This document shows, one piece after another, positions 48,920-58,855 of a stretch of DNA of 64,000 bases. This stretch comes from Blastocatellia bacterium (GTDB lineage: Bacteria > Acidobacteriota > Blastocatellia > UBA7656): positions 192,001-256,000 of the forward strand of contig CAVXWP010000002.1 of assembly GCA_963765495.1 (NCBI GenBank), written 5' to 3'. The notes beneath the pieces were generated by a model, which saw nothing but the letters and a program-made list of their open reading frames with translations, searched no databases and had not been told where the DNA came from. Position 1 is the stretch's first letter; each line of letters starts with the position of its first letter. The position numbers and the translations under genes were made by a program.

Positions 48920-49730
48920 TGAGTACCTCAGCCATGGGCGCGAATTTGAAGTCGCCAAGCAGCCTGCGCAAGCGGTTCTCCGTAGCACCCAAATTGAAAT
49001 AGTGCGTAAGCGCGATACGACGTGGCAGAGCGATGCGCGGCTGCGACGGATCAATCTCCCACGGATGGAGATAAAAGGCTACCGGGTTCCCCTGACTATT
49101 GATTGAACGAAAAGCCCGGCGCGTAAACGAATAAGGATAAATGCGGAAGTAAGCGCCCCCGGCCACAGGCAGATTGCGTCCCCACAACCGCCAAGTTGAA
49201 ATCGGGAACTCCATCAATTTGTGAGCGCCCGCTTCAAGCTGATAAGGCCAGCGCGGCGCGTCTTCGATACCATAGCGATAGTTGAGAACGGGAAAGATGC
49301 TCGAATCATAACGTATTCCGAGTTCGCCTAGTATTTCGAGCGCCCAGAGCGACTGCTCGGTTATTGAAAAAAACGGAGCGCGATGACCAAGCACCTGTCT
49401 GCCCGTAACATCCTGAAGCGCGCGAATTGAGCGGCTCAACTCCGTGCGAAACAACTCGGGCGTCTGTCTGTAAATAAAAGAATGCGAATAACCATGAGTG
49501 CCTATTTCGTGCCCCGCGTCCGCGATTTCGCGCACTATTTCCGGGTGGCGTTCGGCTACGTAACCGAGCACGAAAAAAGTAGCCCGCGCCCCCATTGAGG
49601 CGAGCAATTCGAGCAGCCGTCTGCCGACAGGCGCGATTCGATCCTCGTAATCAGCCCATTCGGTGTGGGGAATTTCGAGGCCCTGATACCAGTCTTCAAA
49701 ATCTATCGTCAGGGCGTTGGTTATCTGCAT
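48909..49730 (-). CDS. Polysaccharide deacetylase (XrtA/PEP-CTERM-system type, DUF3473)
   Basis: TIDFEDWY, ATFFVLG, HEIGTHGYSH, RAPFFS, YDSSIFP, PVAGGAYFR, YLHPWEIDP. Confidence 0.92.
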   Translation of the reverse strand: MQITNALTIDFEDWYQGLEIPHTEWADYEDRIAPVGRRLLELLASMGARATFFVLGYVAERHPEIVREIADAGHEIGTHGYSHSFIYRQTPELFRTELSRSIRALQDVTGRQVLGHRAPFFSITEQSLWALEILGELGIRYDSSIFPVLNYRYGIEDAPRWPYQLEAGAHKLMEFPISTWRLWGRNLPVAGGAYFRIYPYSFTRRAFRSINSQGNPVAFYLHPWEIDPSQPRIALPRRIALTHYFNLGATENRLRRLLGDFKFAPMAEVLNVN

Positions 49731-49743
49731 CTATATCTCCATT

Positions 49744-49924
49744 GGCAGTAGGCAGTTATTTTGAAGCCCAGAACTGATCCGCGTAAATCCGTCTAATCCG
49801 CGTCATCCGTGGCCTATTTCTATTCGCTCGATTTTGCAGTTGCCTTTTGACTAATGATCGTCTTTACTCAACTGCCTACTGCCTACTGTCTACTGTCTAC
49901 TGCCTACTACCTGCTGCCTACTGC
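49744..49924. repeat. Composite intergenic repeat: (ACTGCCT)x7 heptamer array, inverted copy, and 9-nt-period repeat
   Basis: 49871-49924 ACTGCCT/ACTGTCT array; GGCAGTAGGCAGT at 49744-49756; ATCCGCGT-type repeat at 49773-49819. Confidence 0.8.
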
Positions 49925-51847
49925 TCAATCAATAAACTCTCTGTGCCACAGTTCGAGCATCAGCAGCGTCCACAGTTGTGGGGCATAATCTCTGCGACCG
50001 CTCGTATGCTCGCCGATAAGATGGCGAACGCTTTCGGGCTTGAAGTAATTACGCCGCAATGCGCGCTCCGATGTGATTGTTTCGGAGAGAAAGTCTTGAA
50101 GTTCGCCGCGAAACCATTGGCTTATCGGAACGCCAAAACCCATCTTCCGGCGCTTGAGGTTCTCTTCGGGCAGCAATCCGCTAAGAGCGCGTTTGAGTAT
50201 GCGTTTCGTCGTCAGCCCTCGCAGTTTGTAGGGTGCCGGCAAACTTGCCGCGAATTCCAAAAGATTGTGGTCGAGAAACGGCGACCGCGCTTCAAGCGAG
50301 ACGGCCATGCTGGCGATGTCTACCTTTACCAGCAGGTCGTTTGGCAAATAACCGAAGGTGTCGGCCATCAAGACTCGATCAACTATGTCGATCTCTCCAT
50401 TGCCTGCAAACCACGGCCGGAGGCGTGAAACAGGTTTGATCGTCGCGGTCTGTTCCAGAAATTCCGGCGTGCAAATCTCCTGTTTCAATTCACCGTCAAA
50501 GGCGCTTATCCAGTTCAGATAGCGTTCGCTTCTTGGCTGGATCACACCGCCGAGAAACCGCCGCATTCTCCCGTAAGGCGAGCGTTTTGAGCCTGATTCG
50601 GGAACGGCCGCGACGACAGGTTCCAGAATTCGCTCCCTTAAAGCTCGGGGCAGATGCTGATAACTATCCGCAATACGCATGGCCGAATATCGCTCGTACC
50701 CGGCAAAGCACTCATCGCCGCCGTCGCCGTTTAGCGCCACCGTCACGTGCTGACGCGTAAGCTCCGACAGATAGTAAGTAGGGATGGCTGATGAATCTGC
50801 ATAGGGTTCACCATAATGACGAACCAGACGCGGCAGCACATCAAGCGCCTTCGGGCGAACGATGAACTCATAATGGTCGGTGCCGAAACGCTCGGCCACC
50901 CGCCGAGCGTGTGCAGTTTCGTTGTAATCCTGTTCCTCGAAGCCTATGGAAAATGTCTTCACAGGCTCGCTTGAAAGCTCGCTCATCAAGGCGACGACCG
51001 CGCTCGAATCTATCCCGCCTGACAAAAAAGCTCCGAGCGGAACATCAGACATCAAACGCACCCGGACGGCATCTTTCAGCAATTCAAGCGCGCGCTCCGA
51101 TGCTTCCTCTTCGCTGATGTCGATCTTCCGTTTGAAATCGAGAGACCAGTAACGCTCGATTTTGATCTCGCCGTTTTGCCAGATCAGGATATGCCCCGGT
51201 TCGAGTTTTCTCACGCCGGTGAATGCGGTCATCGGCGCGGGCACATACATGAAGGTCAGGTATTCAGAGACGGCTTCTGGGTTCACCTCTCGTGAAATAT
51301 CGGGGTGAGAGAGCAGGGCTTGAAACTCGGAGGCGAAGACCAGCTTGCCGTCTGTGATCGAGTAAAGAAGCGGCTTCTTCCCTACCCTGTCGCGGGCAAG
51401 CAACAACCGCTGCTCGCGTTCGTCCCAGATCGCAAATGCGAACATGCCTCGCAGATGCTTTGCCACATCCGGGCCGTACGCTTCATAAGCGTGTACGATT
51501 GCCTCGGTGTCGCTCTCGGTATAAAAGAGATGTCCTTTCGCTTCCAGGTCAGCGCGCAACTCTGCGTAGTTGTATATCTCGCCGTTCAGAACTACCCAGA
51601 CAGTCTCATCTTCGTTATGGATAGGTTGTTTGCCCGTCACGAGATCGATGATCGCAAGCCGACGCATGCCAAGCGCCACGGAGGCAGAGGCGCGAGACTG
51701 GCTCCTGTAGCCCGTTTCAGGGTCGGGATTGATATAGTATCCGTCATCATCCGGGCCCCGGTGAGCCATCGCGGCGCACATCTTCTCGATCACCGCCGTT
51801 TCCACGGGCCGCCCGGTTGAATCGACTATGCCTGCTATTCCACACAT
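49925..51847 (-). CDS. asnB: Asparagine synthase (glutamine-hydrolyzing), polysaccharide-associated amidotransferase
   Basis: MCGIAG Ntn cysteine, HRGPD, RRLAIID, NGEIYN, LSGGIDSS, GDGGDE, SLEARSPFLD, RKMGF. Confidence 0.93.
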   Translation of the reverse strand: MCGIAGIVDSTGRPVETAVIEKMCAAMAHRGPDDDGYYINPDPETGYRSQSRASASVALGMRRLAIIDLVTGKQPIHNEDETVWVVLNGEIYNYAELRADLEAKGHLFYTESDTEAIVHAYEAYGPDVAKHLRGMFAFAIWDEREQRLLLARDRVGKKPLLYSITDGKLVFASEFQALLSHPDISREVNPEAVSEYLTFMYVPAPMTAFTGVRKLEPGHILIWQNGEIKIERYWSLDFKRKIDISEEEASERALELLKDAVRVRLMSDVPLGAFLSGGIDSSAVVALMSELSSEPVKTFSIGFEEQDYNETAHARRVAERFGTDHYEFIVRPKALDVLPRLVRHYGEPYADSSAIPTYYLSELTRQHVTVALNGDGGDECFAGYERYSAMRIADSYQHLPRALRERILEPVVAAVPESGSKRSPYGRMRRFLGGVIQPRSERYLNWISAFDGELKQEICTPEFLEQTATIKPVSRLRPWFAGNGEIDIVDRVLMADTFGYLPNDLLVKVDIASMAVSLEARSPFLDHNLLEFAASLPAPYKLRGLTTKRILKRALSGLLPEENLKRRKMGFGVPISQWFRGELQDFLSETITSERALRRNYFKPESVRHLIGEHTSGRRDYAPQLWTLLMLELWHREFID

Positions 51848-51875
51848 ATTAATTCTTCGCAATCGGTCAGGCGCA

Positions 51876-53279
51876 TCACCTCGCAGCAGCCTCGATTGAG
51901 CCACCAGCGAGTTGACTACCCGCAGCCTGCCCCACAGGCAAAACCATGCCTGGGCGACGAACGACTCTCTGAGCCCTATTCTTCAACCTGGCTTCGCGTC
52001 TCAATTCCAGCCCTATGCTTATCAGGATAAAGAAGAAGCCGTAGAGTTGAGCGCGATGCCGGTAGGCAGTCCCGACATTCGATTGATAAAGCGCATAGGC
52101 CAGTATCAGGCTGATGGTGAATATGCAAACCACAAACGATTCACGCAGGCGATTTCTGAGGACGAACCAGTACCCTTTCAGCATCATCGGCAACAGCAGC
52201 CACCAGATCAGCATCTCGGGCAGAGTCACCAGTTGTCGCATGTTGGTCATCATCCACGGAAAGGGAGCGACCATCACATATAAGACGCCGACCGGCAAAA
52301 ACGTGAGAGCGGCTTCCGGGTCGGTGATGTCTACATCGCCTCCGAAACCGCTGTTTGCAACCCTTGCGCTCCATACTCTGCCCGACTGAATCTTCTCAAG
52401 ATCGAACGCCTGCTTTGCCACCTGACCGGCTCCGAAATAGACCAGAGACACCCCGATGATCACTACCAGTATCCCGCCCTGTAAGATGCGAAGCGGCGTG
52501 AATCTCTTTGCGGCAAACAGGAACGTTCCTGCGATGGCTACAAAGATTATGTAGGCGGCATAGTGGCGCAGCGAGAAGAGGCAAAAGAGGGAAATCAACA
52601 GGAATACGAAGTTCTTGATCTTTAGCTCATCACGCAGCTTGAGCGTGAGCAATGCGCAGAGACAGATGAAGAGCACTATCGGAGAGTCTTTCAACAACTG
52701 GGAAGACCATATTATCATCGAGGGGGCAAAGGCGGTCAGGACGGCAGCCGTGCGAGCGACCCTCTGCCGGGGCCAGACCAGCATTGAAATTCTGTAGATC
52801 ACTATCGCGACCGCCGCGCCGAGGCTCGCGTTTATCAATTGAAGGGCGAGCGGGTTCTGGCCAATGGCGTAATAGACTGCCGCGACATAATAAAACATTC
52901 CCCAGCCTGACCGATTTATACTCGTGTAATTCAAGAGCCAGGGCGCATTCGGATCAACCAGCCCCAACCACGACCGGCAGAGCGCATTGCCGAAAGCATC
53001 GTATGTGATAGCATCGCCGCCAAAGAATGACTGCTTGTGCTTGAAAAAAATCACGAGCGCAAAAAACCATCGCACCCCAAGCGCCGCAATAAACAATTTG
53101 AGCAGAAATTCACGGTCGCAACTGTTTTGCAAAATCAGCCAGATGCACACCGCGGCTGAAATGCCTCCAACCAGAACCGCTACACCGATATCCGGGGACC
53201 CGGCTACCGCATTACCCAGATAGACAGCGCCAGCGACTAACCCCAGCACGGATAATAATACAAATAATTTACTGCGCAT
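51876..53279 (-). CDS. Polytopic membrane protein, putative Wzy polymerase or GT-C glycosyltransferase
   Basis: About 12 TM; GGDAITYD, SQLLKDS, PFPW, NVGTAYRHRAQ; located inside the glycosyltransferase cluster. Confidence 0.7.
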   Translation of the reverse strand: MRSKLFVLLSVLGLVAGAVYLGNAVAGSPDIGVAVLVGGISAAVCIWLILQNSCDREFLLKLFIAALGVRWFFALVIFFKHKQSFFGGDAITYDAFGNALCRSWLGLVDPNAPWLLNYTSINRSGWGMFYYVAAVYYAIGQNPLALQLINASLGAAVAIVIYRISMLVWPRQRVARTAAVLTAFAPSMIIWSSQLLKDSPIVLFICLCALLTLKLRDELKIKNFVFLLISLFCLFSLRHYAAYIIFVAIAGTFLFAAKRFTPLRILQGGILVVIIGVSLVYFGAGQVAKQAFDLEKIQSGRVWSARVANSGFGGDVDITDPEAALTFLPVGVLYVMVAPFPWMMTNMRQLVTLPEMLIWWLLLPMMLKGYWFVLRNRLRESFVVCIFTISLILAYALYQSNVGTAYRHRAQLYGFFFILISIGLELRREARLKNRAQRVVRRPGMVLPVGQAAGSQLAGGSIEAAAR

Positions 53280-53359
53280 TAGATAAGTAATATGTGTATT
53301 TAGGGCAAAATCCCAGTACTTTTGCCGCCATTATTGACGTGGCGGCAACCGAAAAGCCA

Positions 53360-54541
53360 TCAATCCGCATTAATCTCTCTTATTGAAGAGTGAGGGCTGG
53401 CAAGTTTGTGCTTGCCTTCAAGCGTTTGACGAACGACGCGCGCGAAGAGCTCCGCAGAGCGGTTCATCGAGTAGCGGTCTTCGATTGTCCTCCGCCCCGC
53501 CTTCCCCAGTTCCGCCCTCAAACCGGCATCGCCGATCAGCCGGGTCAGGTTCTCGACCCATTCTTCGGCGGTCGCCGATAGTAGCCCGTTCTCTCCATGA
53601 GAGATCAATTCACGATTAGCGCCGACCTCCGAACAGATCGTAGCAATTCCCATTGCCATGTACTGTAGGGCCTTCATAGCGCACTTGCCGCGCGCCCACC
53701 TGTCATCTGGCATCGGCATGATGCCTATGTCAAACTGCGAGAGTTCATCAATCTCGGTTTCGGCAGACCACGGCCGCCATACAAAAGAAGGCTCTGAAAA
53801 TGCAGGTTTGCGATCCGATATGACACGCAGTTCGAAGTCACAACGCGCAGCAATTCCAGCAAGCACAGGGGCAAACATCTCTAAATGATTCTGTGATGTA
53901 GAGCTTCCCATCCACCCCACTATAACCCGCTTACCCGTCTCCGCCTTTGGCCTGGGTCTGTAGAGGGCCGTATCTATGCTCGACGGGATGACTGTGACGC
54001 TTGAATTGTATTTGCGCGCGTAATTCGCAAGATAGCTGTTTCCGGCGACCACATGCGCGCTTATGCGGCAAATCTGCGAGGTCTTACCCGGAAATTTGAG
54101 CCATCCCACTCTCTTATTAGCTTCCGTCGTGTGCAGCAGAAAGATCGCATCATCGAAATCATAAATGACTGGCCGCCCGGTGAGAGCGATTATGCGTTCA
54201 AGCGCCGCCGGGCCTCCGATGCAAGCCGACCTGTGAATCAACACCGCATCGTAGCGCGATGCTCTGGCCGCCTCCCCGCAACGCCGAGCGAAAGCGCCGA
54301 GACCCGCGAAGACCTTCTCTGTCCATCGCCCGGGCTTGTGCAGATGTCGCATCAACTCCTCATCGGCAAACGGAACAAGGTCTACGGATATGCCATGAGC
54401 ATTCAGAAGAGGGATCCATTGCTCGATTCGGAATCGCTGACTCGGAGTCGTGCCGGGCGGATAAGGCACCAGGGCGCAAACTTTTATCGCGCTGTCAGGA
54501 ACCTGCATACGAATATTTGCTGGTGTCTCCGGTCGCTTCAC
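53360..54541 (-). CDS. Glycosyltransferase family 4
   Basis: PSQRFR, IYDFDDAIF, GWMGS, DIGIMP...RGKCAMKALQYMA. Confidence 0.9.
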   Translation of the reverse strand: MKRPETPANIRMQVPDSAIKVCALVPYPPGTTPSQRFRIEQWIPLLNAHGISVDLVPFADEELMRHLHKPGRWTEKVFAGLGAFARRCGEAARASRYDAVLIHRSACIGGPAALERIIALTGRPVIYDFDDAIFLLHTTEANKRVGWLKFPGKTSQICRISAHVVAGNSYLANYARKYNSSVTVIPSSIDTALYRPRPKAETGKRVIVGWMGSSTSQNHLEMFAPVLAGIAARCDFELRVISDRKPAFSEPSFVWRPWSAETEIDELSQFDIGIMPMPDDRWARGKCAMKALQYMAMGIATICSEVGANRELISHGENGLLSATAEEWVENLTRLIGDAGLRAELGKAGRRTIEDRYSMNRSAELFARVVRQTLEGKHKLASPHSSIREINAD

Positions 54542-54548
54542 AGTTACC

Positions 54549-55451
54549 TTAACCCACGGCGATTTCTTCGAGGCCGAGCGGCGTAAAGAGATAATTCAAC
54601 CAGACAGGATGCCCCTCAATGCGAGCGCGCAAGTCGAGCCCCTTCGGTGTGATCAGATAGTAGCGATAGCCGAGCGGGCGAAGGATTTCTTCAAGCGCCT
54701 GCTCGCTTCCGCGTCCGAGGACTTCGCAGATTATGAAGGGGCGATCCCTGCGTAAGGTCTCAGCCATTCCGAGCAACACCTGAGGCTCGGTGCTTTCGGT
54801 GTCTATCTTGATTAAATCTACACGTTGGAGTTCCCTCTCGGAAACGAACCTGTCAAGCGCCAGCACATCAACATCCGAGACACAAAGACCCGATGCGGTC
54901 TGCATAAAGTCAAACGACAGGCTCGAACTGCAAGGCAATAGCCCCGCCGTGTAAAAGAATTTTGCAGCTCCTTCTTTTTCGCCCACAGCCTTACAGAAAC
55001 ACTCGACGTTGGACAGGCTGTTCATAGCGATATTCTTTCGCAATCTTTCGTAAGTATCGGGCATCGGCTCAAACGCGTAAACACGGCCTTGCGGATTGGC
55101 ATGCGCGGCGAGCAGGGTGTAATACCCCACATACGCGCCAACGTCTATCGTTACCTGAGCGCGCGATGCCAGGCGAAAAAAGAGCGGTGTCGTTTCAGAT
55201 TCGTATCCGTCCCAGCCGCGCCAGAATATCTGATTTGTGACCCAGTCATCAGCGCGAGACCACAAAGAGAGCGTGCGCCCGTTTGGCAGTTCGCGCTTAA
55301 CCCTGCCGACTTTATGCAGATGCTTGATTATAAACTCTGATTCGTAGCCAGCCGCGCTTAAGACACCACGCAGGATAGAGGTCACCGCGAAATTCAAAGG
55401 CTGCCAGTATCTGAGCCTTTTCAGAGTCTGCTTCACATAGCCGTTCATCAC
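54549..55451 (-). CDS. FkbM family methyltransferase
   Basis: IDVGAYVGYY, AFEPMP, LIKIDTES. Confidence 0.9.
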   Translation of the reverse strand: MMNGYVKQTLKRLRYWQPLNFAVTSILRGVLSAAGYESEFIIKHLHKVGRVKRELPNGRTLSLWSRADDWVTNQIFWRGWDGYESETTPLFFRLASRAQVTIDVGAYVGYYTLLAAHANPQGRVYAFEPMPDTYERLRKNIAMNSLSNVECFCKAVGEKEGAAKFFYTAGLLPCSSSLSFDFMQTASGLCVSDVDVLALDRFVSERELQRVDLIKIDTESTEPQVLLGMAETLRRDRPFIICEVLGRGSEQALEEILRPLGYRYYLITPKGLDLRARIEGHPVWLNYLFTPLGLEEIAVG

Positions 55452-56731
55452 GTTTCTACCGTGGATTTCCCGCTACCGGCTTCCGTGGCGCGCAGGCCCG
55501 AGGCAGCCCGAGCCGCTGTTGAGTTGATCTCCTCGTACAGATTGATTTGCCGGTCGCAGGCCGGCTCAAGTCCATAATGAGTCTCTGCGGCGCTCCGGCA
55601 TCGGACGGAAAGCTCGGGGTCTATTAAGAGCTTATCAAGCTCTCTTAGCGCCTGCCGATAGGCATCATCAGTGTGTTCTTTTACGATCACGCCGACCCGC
55701 TCATTTTTGATGATCTCGTCCGTGTCACCCGAATTTGCAGTGGCAATGACCGGCAATCCCGTGGCCCAGTACTCTCCGATTTTAGTGGGCGAGCCGCCGT
55801 GCTCGCTCAACCCCTGTTTGAGAAACGCCATTCCCACCTGTTCATTTGCCAACGCCTGTGGCATCGCCGAATAATGAACGCTCTTTACCGAACAGTTTCC
55901 CTCAGACAACCCGGTTGGGGAGAGAACCGAATCAACCGTCATCCGATCTGTGCGGGTAAGAACGCGCAGGTGAACCGGCCTGTCCTCATCCGAGGCTACG
56001 GCGACAAACCGCCCGATCCTATCGAGCAAATAACGCCCCCCTACACTGCCCGAGTAAACAAATCGTCGAGTCCCCTCCGAAGAAATCGGCCTTGATCTAC
56101 TCAATTGAAAATGGGTCAGGTCAACACAACTGGGCACTACGATCACAGGTGTCGCTTTACGACCGACTTGCGGCAGACTTTCAATCTCAGTCCTGGCTCT
56201 TTTTGACAGGGCTATTATCCCGTCAGCGCGGTTATACATCGCTCTTTCCAGCGATTTCGCAATCCTGTGTGCCGATGATCCTTCTTGCCAGATTCCGCCA
56301 TCAACCTGCTCATCAGGATAGAACCCCTCATTGTGATAGATAAACCTTGCGCGCAGAGACGGAGCAATCGCGAGCCCGATCAAGCCACCTATAAATGTCC
56401 GAGCGTGAACGATGTCGTATCGAGAGCCCAGCCGCGTCAGTAGGGCGCGGACGTATCCATTTAGAAAATCGAACAACGTGGCAGGAACCCTTGGCCGCTT
56501 ATGATATTTGAGCGGGATCCATCGAATACCACTCTCTTCAAGAGATGCCTTTATGGCGTCTATCCTCTCTTCGCACTCGAGGTCTGCGGGCTTTTCATAG
56601 GTTACAAGCGTCAGGTTTGCGCCCAGAGCGGCAAGCCTTTTGACCGCAGGCAAAACGAGCGACTGGCCTAAGGGTTCGGCCGCCCCCCAATAGACAATAT
56701 ATAAGACTCGCGGATTTGATGAGCTTCGCAT
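55448..56731 (-). CDS. Glycosyltransferase family 4
   Basis: IVHAR, YSGSVGGRY, SPTKIGEYWATGLPV. Confidence 0.88.
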   Translation of the reverse strand: MRSSSNPRVLYIVYWGAAEPLGQSLVLPAVKRLAALGANLTLVTYEKPADLECEERIDAIKASLEESGIRWIPLKYHKRPRVPATLFDFLNGYVRALLTRLGSRYDIVHARTFIGGLIGLAIAPSLRARFIYHNEGFYPDEQVDGGIWQEGSSAHRIAKSLERAMYNRADGIIALSKRARTEIESLPQVGRKATPVIVVPSCVDLTHFQLSRSRPISSEGTRRFVYSGSVGGRYLLDRIGRFVAVASDEDRPVHLRVLTRTDRMTVDSVLSPTGLSEGNCSVKSVHYSAMPQALANEQVGMAFLKQGLSEHGGSPTKIGEYWATGLPVIATANSGDTDEIIKNERVGVIVKEHTDDAYRQALRELDKLLIDPELSVRCRSAAETHYGLEPACDRQINLYEEINSTAARAASGLRATEAGSGKSTVET

Positions 56732-56738
56732 GATGAAT

Positions 56739-57641
56739 TTAAGAAATCTCCGCGTGGAGATACGATTTCGAACGAGTCAAGGCCCGCGCCGGGAAGGCCA
56801 TCAAATATCCCGCCTGTCGAAAATCCAGCCTGAGGGCGCGCGAGGCGCAACGCGCAAAATTGCCGTAACTCTTTGCATGAAAATATGACCCGGCAAGCAC
56901 CATATAGTTTCGAGCAAAGGCGGCCCGACGCCGTCGCCGCAAGTCTTGAGAAAGCGCGGGCAGCGCAAACCCTTTCTCAAGGACACGCAGGCTGTCGCGT
57001 TCGAGAAGCGCAACATCGCGGCTCATATTATTGCCGTGCTGTCTGTATGCCACCATTGGCTCTTCGAAATAAAAGAACTCGGTCAAAGCAGTCATTCGCA
57101 TCCACATGTCCCAGTCGGCGCACTGGCTGAGCGAGGGATCGAATCCGCCTGTCGCCTCAAGCAATAATCGCTCGCAGAAAACCGTAGAAGGGGTCCCAAC
57201 CACATTACCGCGCAAGAGCAAATCCGCTAAACCCGACGATTTCCGGCTGCTGGAATTTCCTTCCAGAGGCGTAAGATCGGACGCGACAGTTGTGAAATTC
57301 GTATAGCAGGCGCGATACTCACTGCCATTTTCGAGCGCCTCAAATTGCCGCTCAAGTTTCTCAGGCATCCACAAATCATCCGCGTCCAGAAACGCAATAT
57401 ATCGCGCCCGGCTCTCTTCGATCCCTCGATTGCGCGCCAGGGCGACGCCGCTATTCTGTTGATAAAAATAACGCAACTGCCCGCCATAACTGCTTACCAA
57501 TTCCCGCGTATTATCGGTAGACCCGTCATCTATCACAAGGACTTCGAGGTCACGAAAAGTTTGCGCGAGCACACTATCGAGAGCGTCCTTAAGAAAGTGC
57601 GCCGAGTTGTACGCAGGAATGATGACCGAAATTTCAGGCAT
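56739..57641 (-). CDS. Glycosyltransferase family 2
   Basis: ISVIIPAYN, IDDGSTD, ARNRG, FLDADD. Confidence 0.93.
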   Translation of the reverse strand: MPEISVIIPAYNSAHFLKDALDSVLAQTFRDLEVLVIDDGSTDNTRELVSSYGGQLRYFYQQNSGVALARNRGIEESRARYIAFLDADDLWMPEKLERQFEALENGSEYRACYTNFTTVASDLTPLEGNSSSRKSSGLADLLLRGNVVGTPSTVFCERLLLEATGGFDPSLSQCADWDMWMRMTALTEFFYFEEPMVAYRQHGNNMSRDVALLERDSLRVLEKGFALPALSQDLRRRRRAAFARNYMVLAGSYFHAKSYGNFARCASRALRLDFRQAGYLMAFPARALTRSKSYLHAEIS

Positions 57642-57666
57642 TGTTTTTAGAGCGATCCATGCGCGA

Positions 57667-58830
57667 TCAGTTGTCGGCGGTAACGCTCACTTCTCTGCTG
57701 ATTGTTGATTGCTTACGGCTTGAAGTCTTCTCATAGATTCGCTCATAAGAGCGAACCATCTCTTGAAAGCCGAAGCGCTTCAAAACTTTTTCGCGGCCTG
57801 CTCCGGCCATACCCGCTCGCCGCTCGGGGTCGTTAAGCAGTTTCGCAATCGCATCTGCGAGAGCCGCGCTGTCGGCGGGAGGGACTAAAAGTCCCTCCCT
57901 TTCATCTTCGACGATTTCAGGGATTCCGCCAACTCGTGTAGCGACAACCGGAGTACCTAAATAAATGGCTTCGGTCAACACGAGGCCAAAGGCTTCTGCG
58001 ACGCTTGGAAGCACGAGCAAATCCGACGAAGCGATCAGATCGGGCAGGTCTTTGCGAAATCCTAAAAACGATACCATCTCACCACATCCGAGCGCCCGGA
58101 CCTCTTCCCTGTAGGCGGCATCAAACGAGCCTGCGCCCGCTACGAGTAAACGGACGGGGCGGCCGACGCGCCGTTTGATTTCAGGAAGCGCCTCAAATAG
58201 ATAATGATGCCCCTTCTCCGGGTGAAGCCGCGCGGCGATGATCAAAAGATGCGAGTCTTCGGCGTGGAATTCACGGCGTACCCGCGTGCGGGCATCCTTG
58301 CCGGAAAGCTTTGCGCGGTCAAAATCTATCCCGTTCAAGACCGCGTTTACCTTCTGAGGCGGAGCGCCTTCCCGGGCGATCAGATGATCCGCCGTATGCT
58401 GCGACACGCCTATTACGGCGTGGCTCAAACTCGTAGCAAGTTGATCGAGACGGACGTGCCATCTCTTGTTTATGCGAGTGTGGTAATCGGAGTAATGGCG
58501 CGTAACGACTCGCAGGCGCGTGCGCGCAAGCGTTCCGGCAAGCATCCCGATGACCGAGGGCTCGAACAGGTGCGTGTGCAGAATATCGACCCGATTGCGG
58601 TGAAGAAATCGCGCCAGACGAACAAAGCCCGATAGATATGCGCTCCGTGTGCGGCTCTCGCAACTGAAACACTCGACGCCTTCGGATTGCATAAAATCCC
58701 TCAGCCACGGAGCCATTGGATTGAGCGTGGCGAAAGTCATGCGATAGCGCGTGCGGTCGTGCCATCGAGCCAGTTGCGGGAAGAACCCGCTCGTGTCGCT
58801 GTCCTGGGCAAAGTGCAGAATGTGTTGCAT
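57667..58830 (-). CDS. Glycosyltransferase family 4
   Basis: LHTH, NGID, EKGH, EAFGLVLTEA (EX7E). Confidence 0.93.
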   Translation of the reverse strand: MQHILHFAQDSDTSGFFPQLARWHDRTRYRMTFATLNPMAPWLRDFMQSEGVECFSCESRTRSAYLSGFVRLARFLHRNRVDILHTHLFEPSVIGMLAGTLARTRLRVVTRHYSDYHTRINKRWHVRLDQLATSLSHAVIGVSQHTADHLIAREGAPPQKVNAVLNGIDFDRAKLSGKDARTRVRREFHAEDSHLLIIAARLHPEKGHHYLFEALPEIKRRVGRPVRLLVAGAGSFDAAYREEVRALGCGEMVSFLGFRKDLPDLIASSDLLVLPSVAEAFGLVLTEAIYLGTPVVATRVGGIPEIVEDEREGLLVPPADSAALADAIAKLLNDPERRAGMAGAGREKVLKRFGFQEMVRSYERIYEKTSSRKQSTISREVSVTADN

Positions 58831-58855
58831 CGGAATCTATATTTGAATATCGCGA

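Noticed and set aside
49847-50428. ORF starting with AYCLLST-like Cys repeats
   Set aside because: Translation of the heptamer array, running antisense into asnB.
40336-51847. Classical lasso peptide cluster (AsnB-like cyclase + RRE + kinase + nucleotidyltransferase)
   Set aside because: The AsnB keeps its N-terminal catalytic Cys (MCGIAG) and full glutaminase domain and sits among glycosyltransferases. No B2 peptidase or short YxxP-leader lasso precursor is seen.
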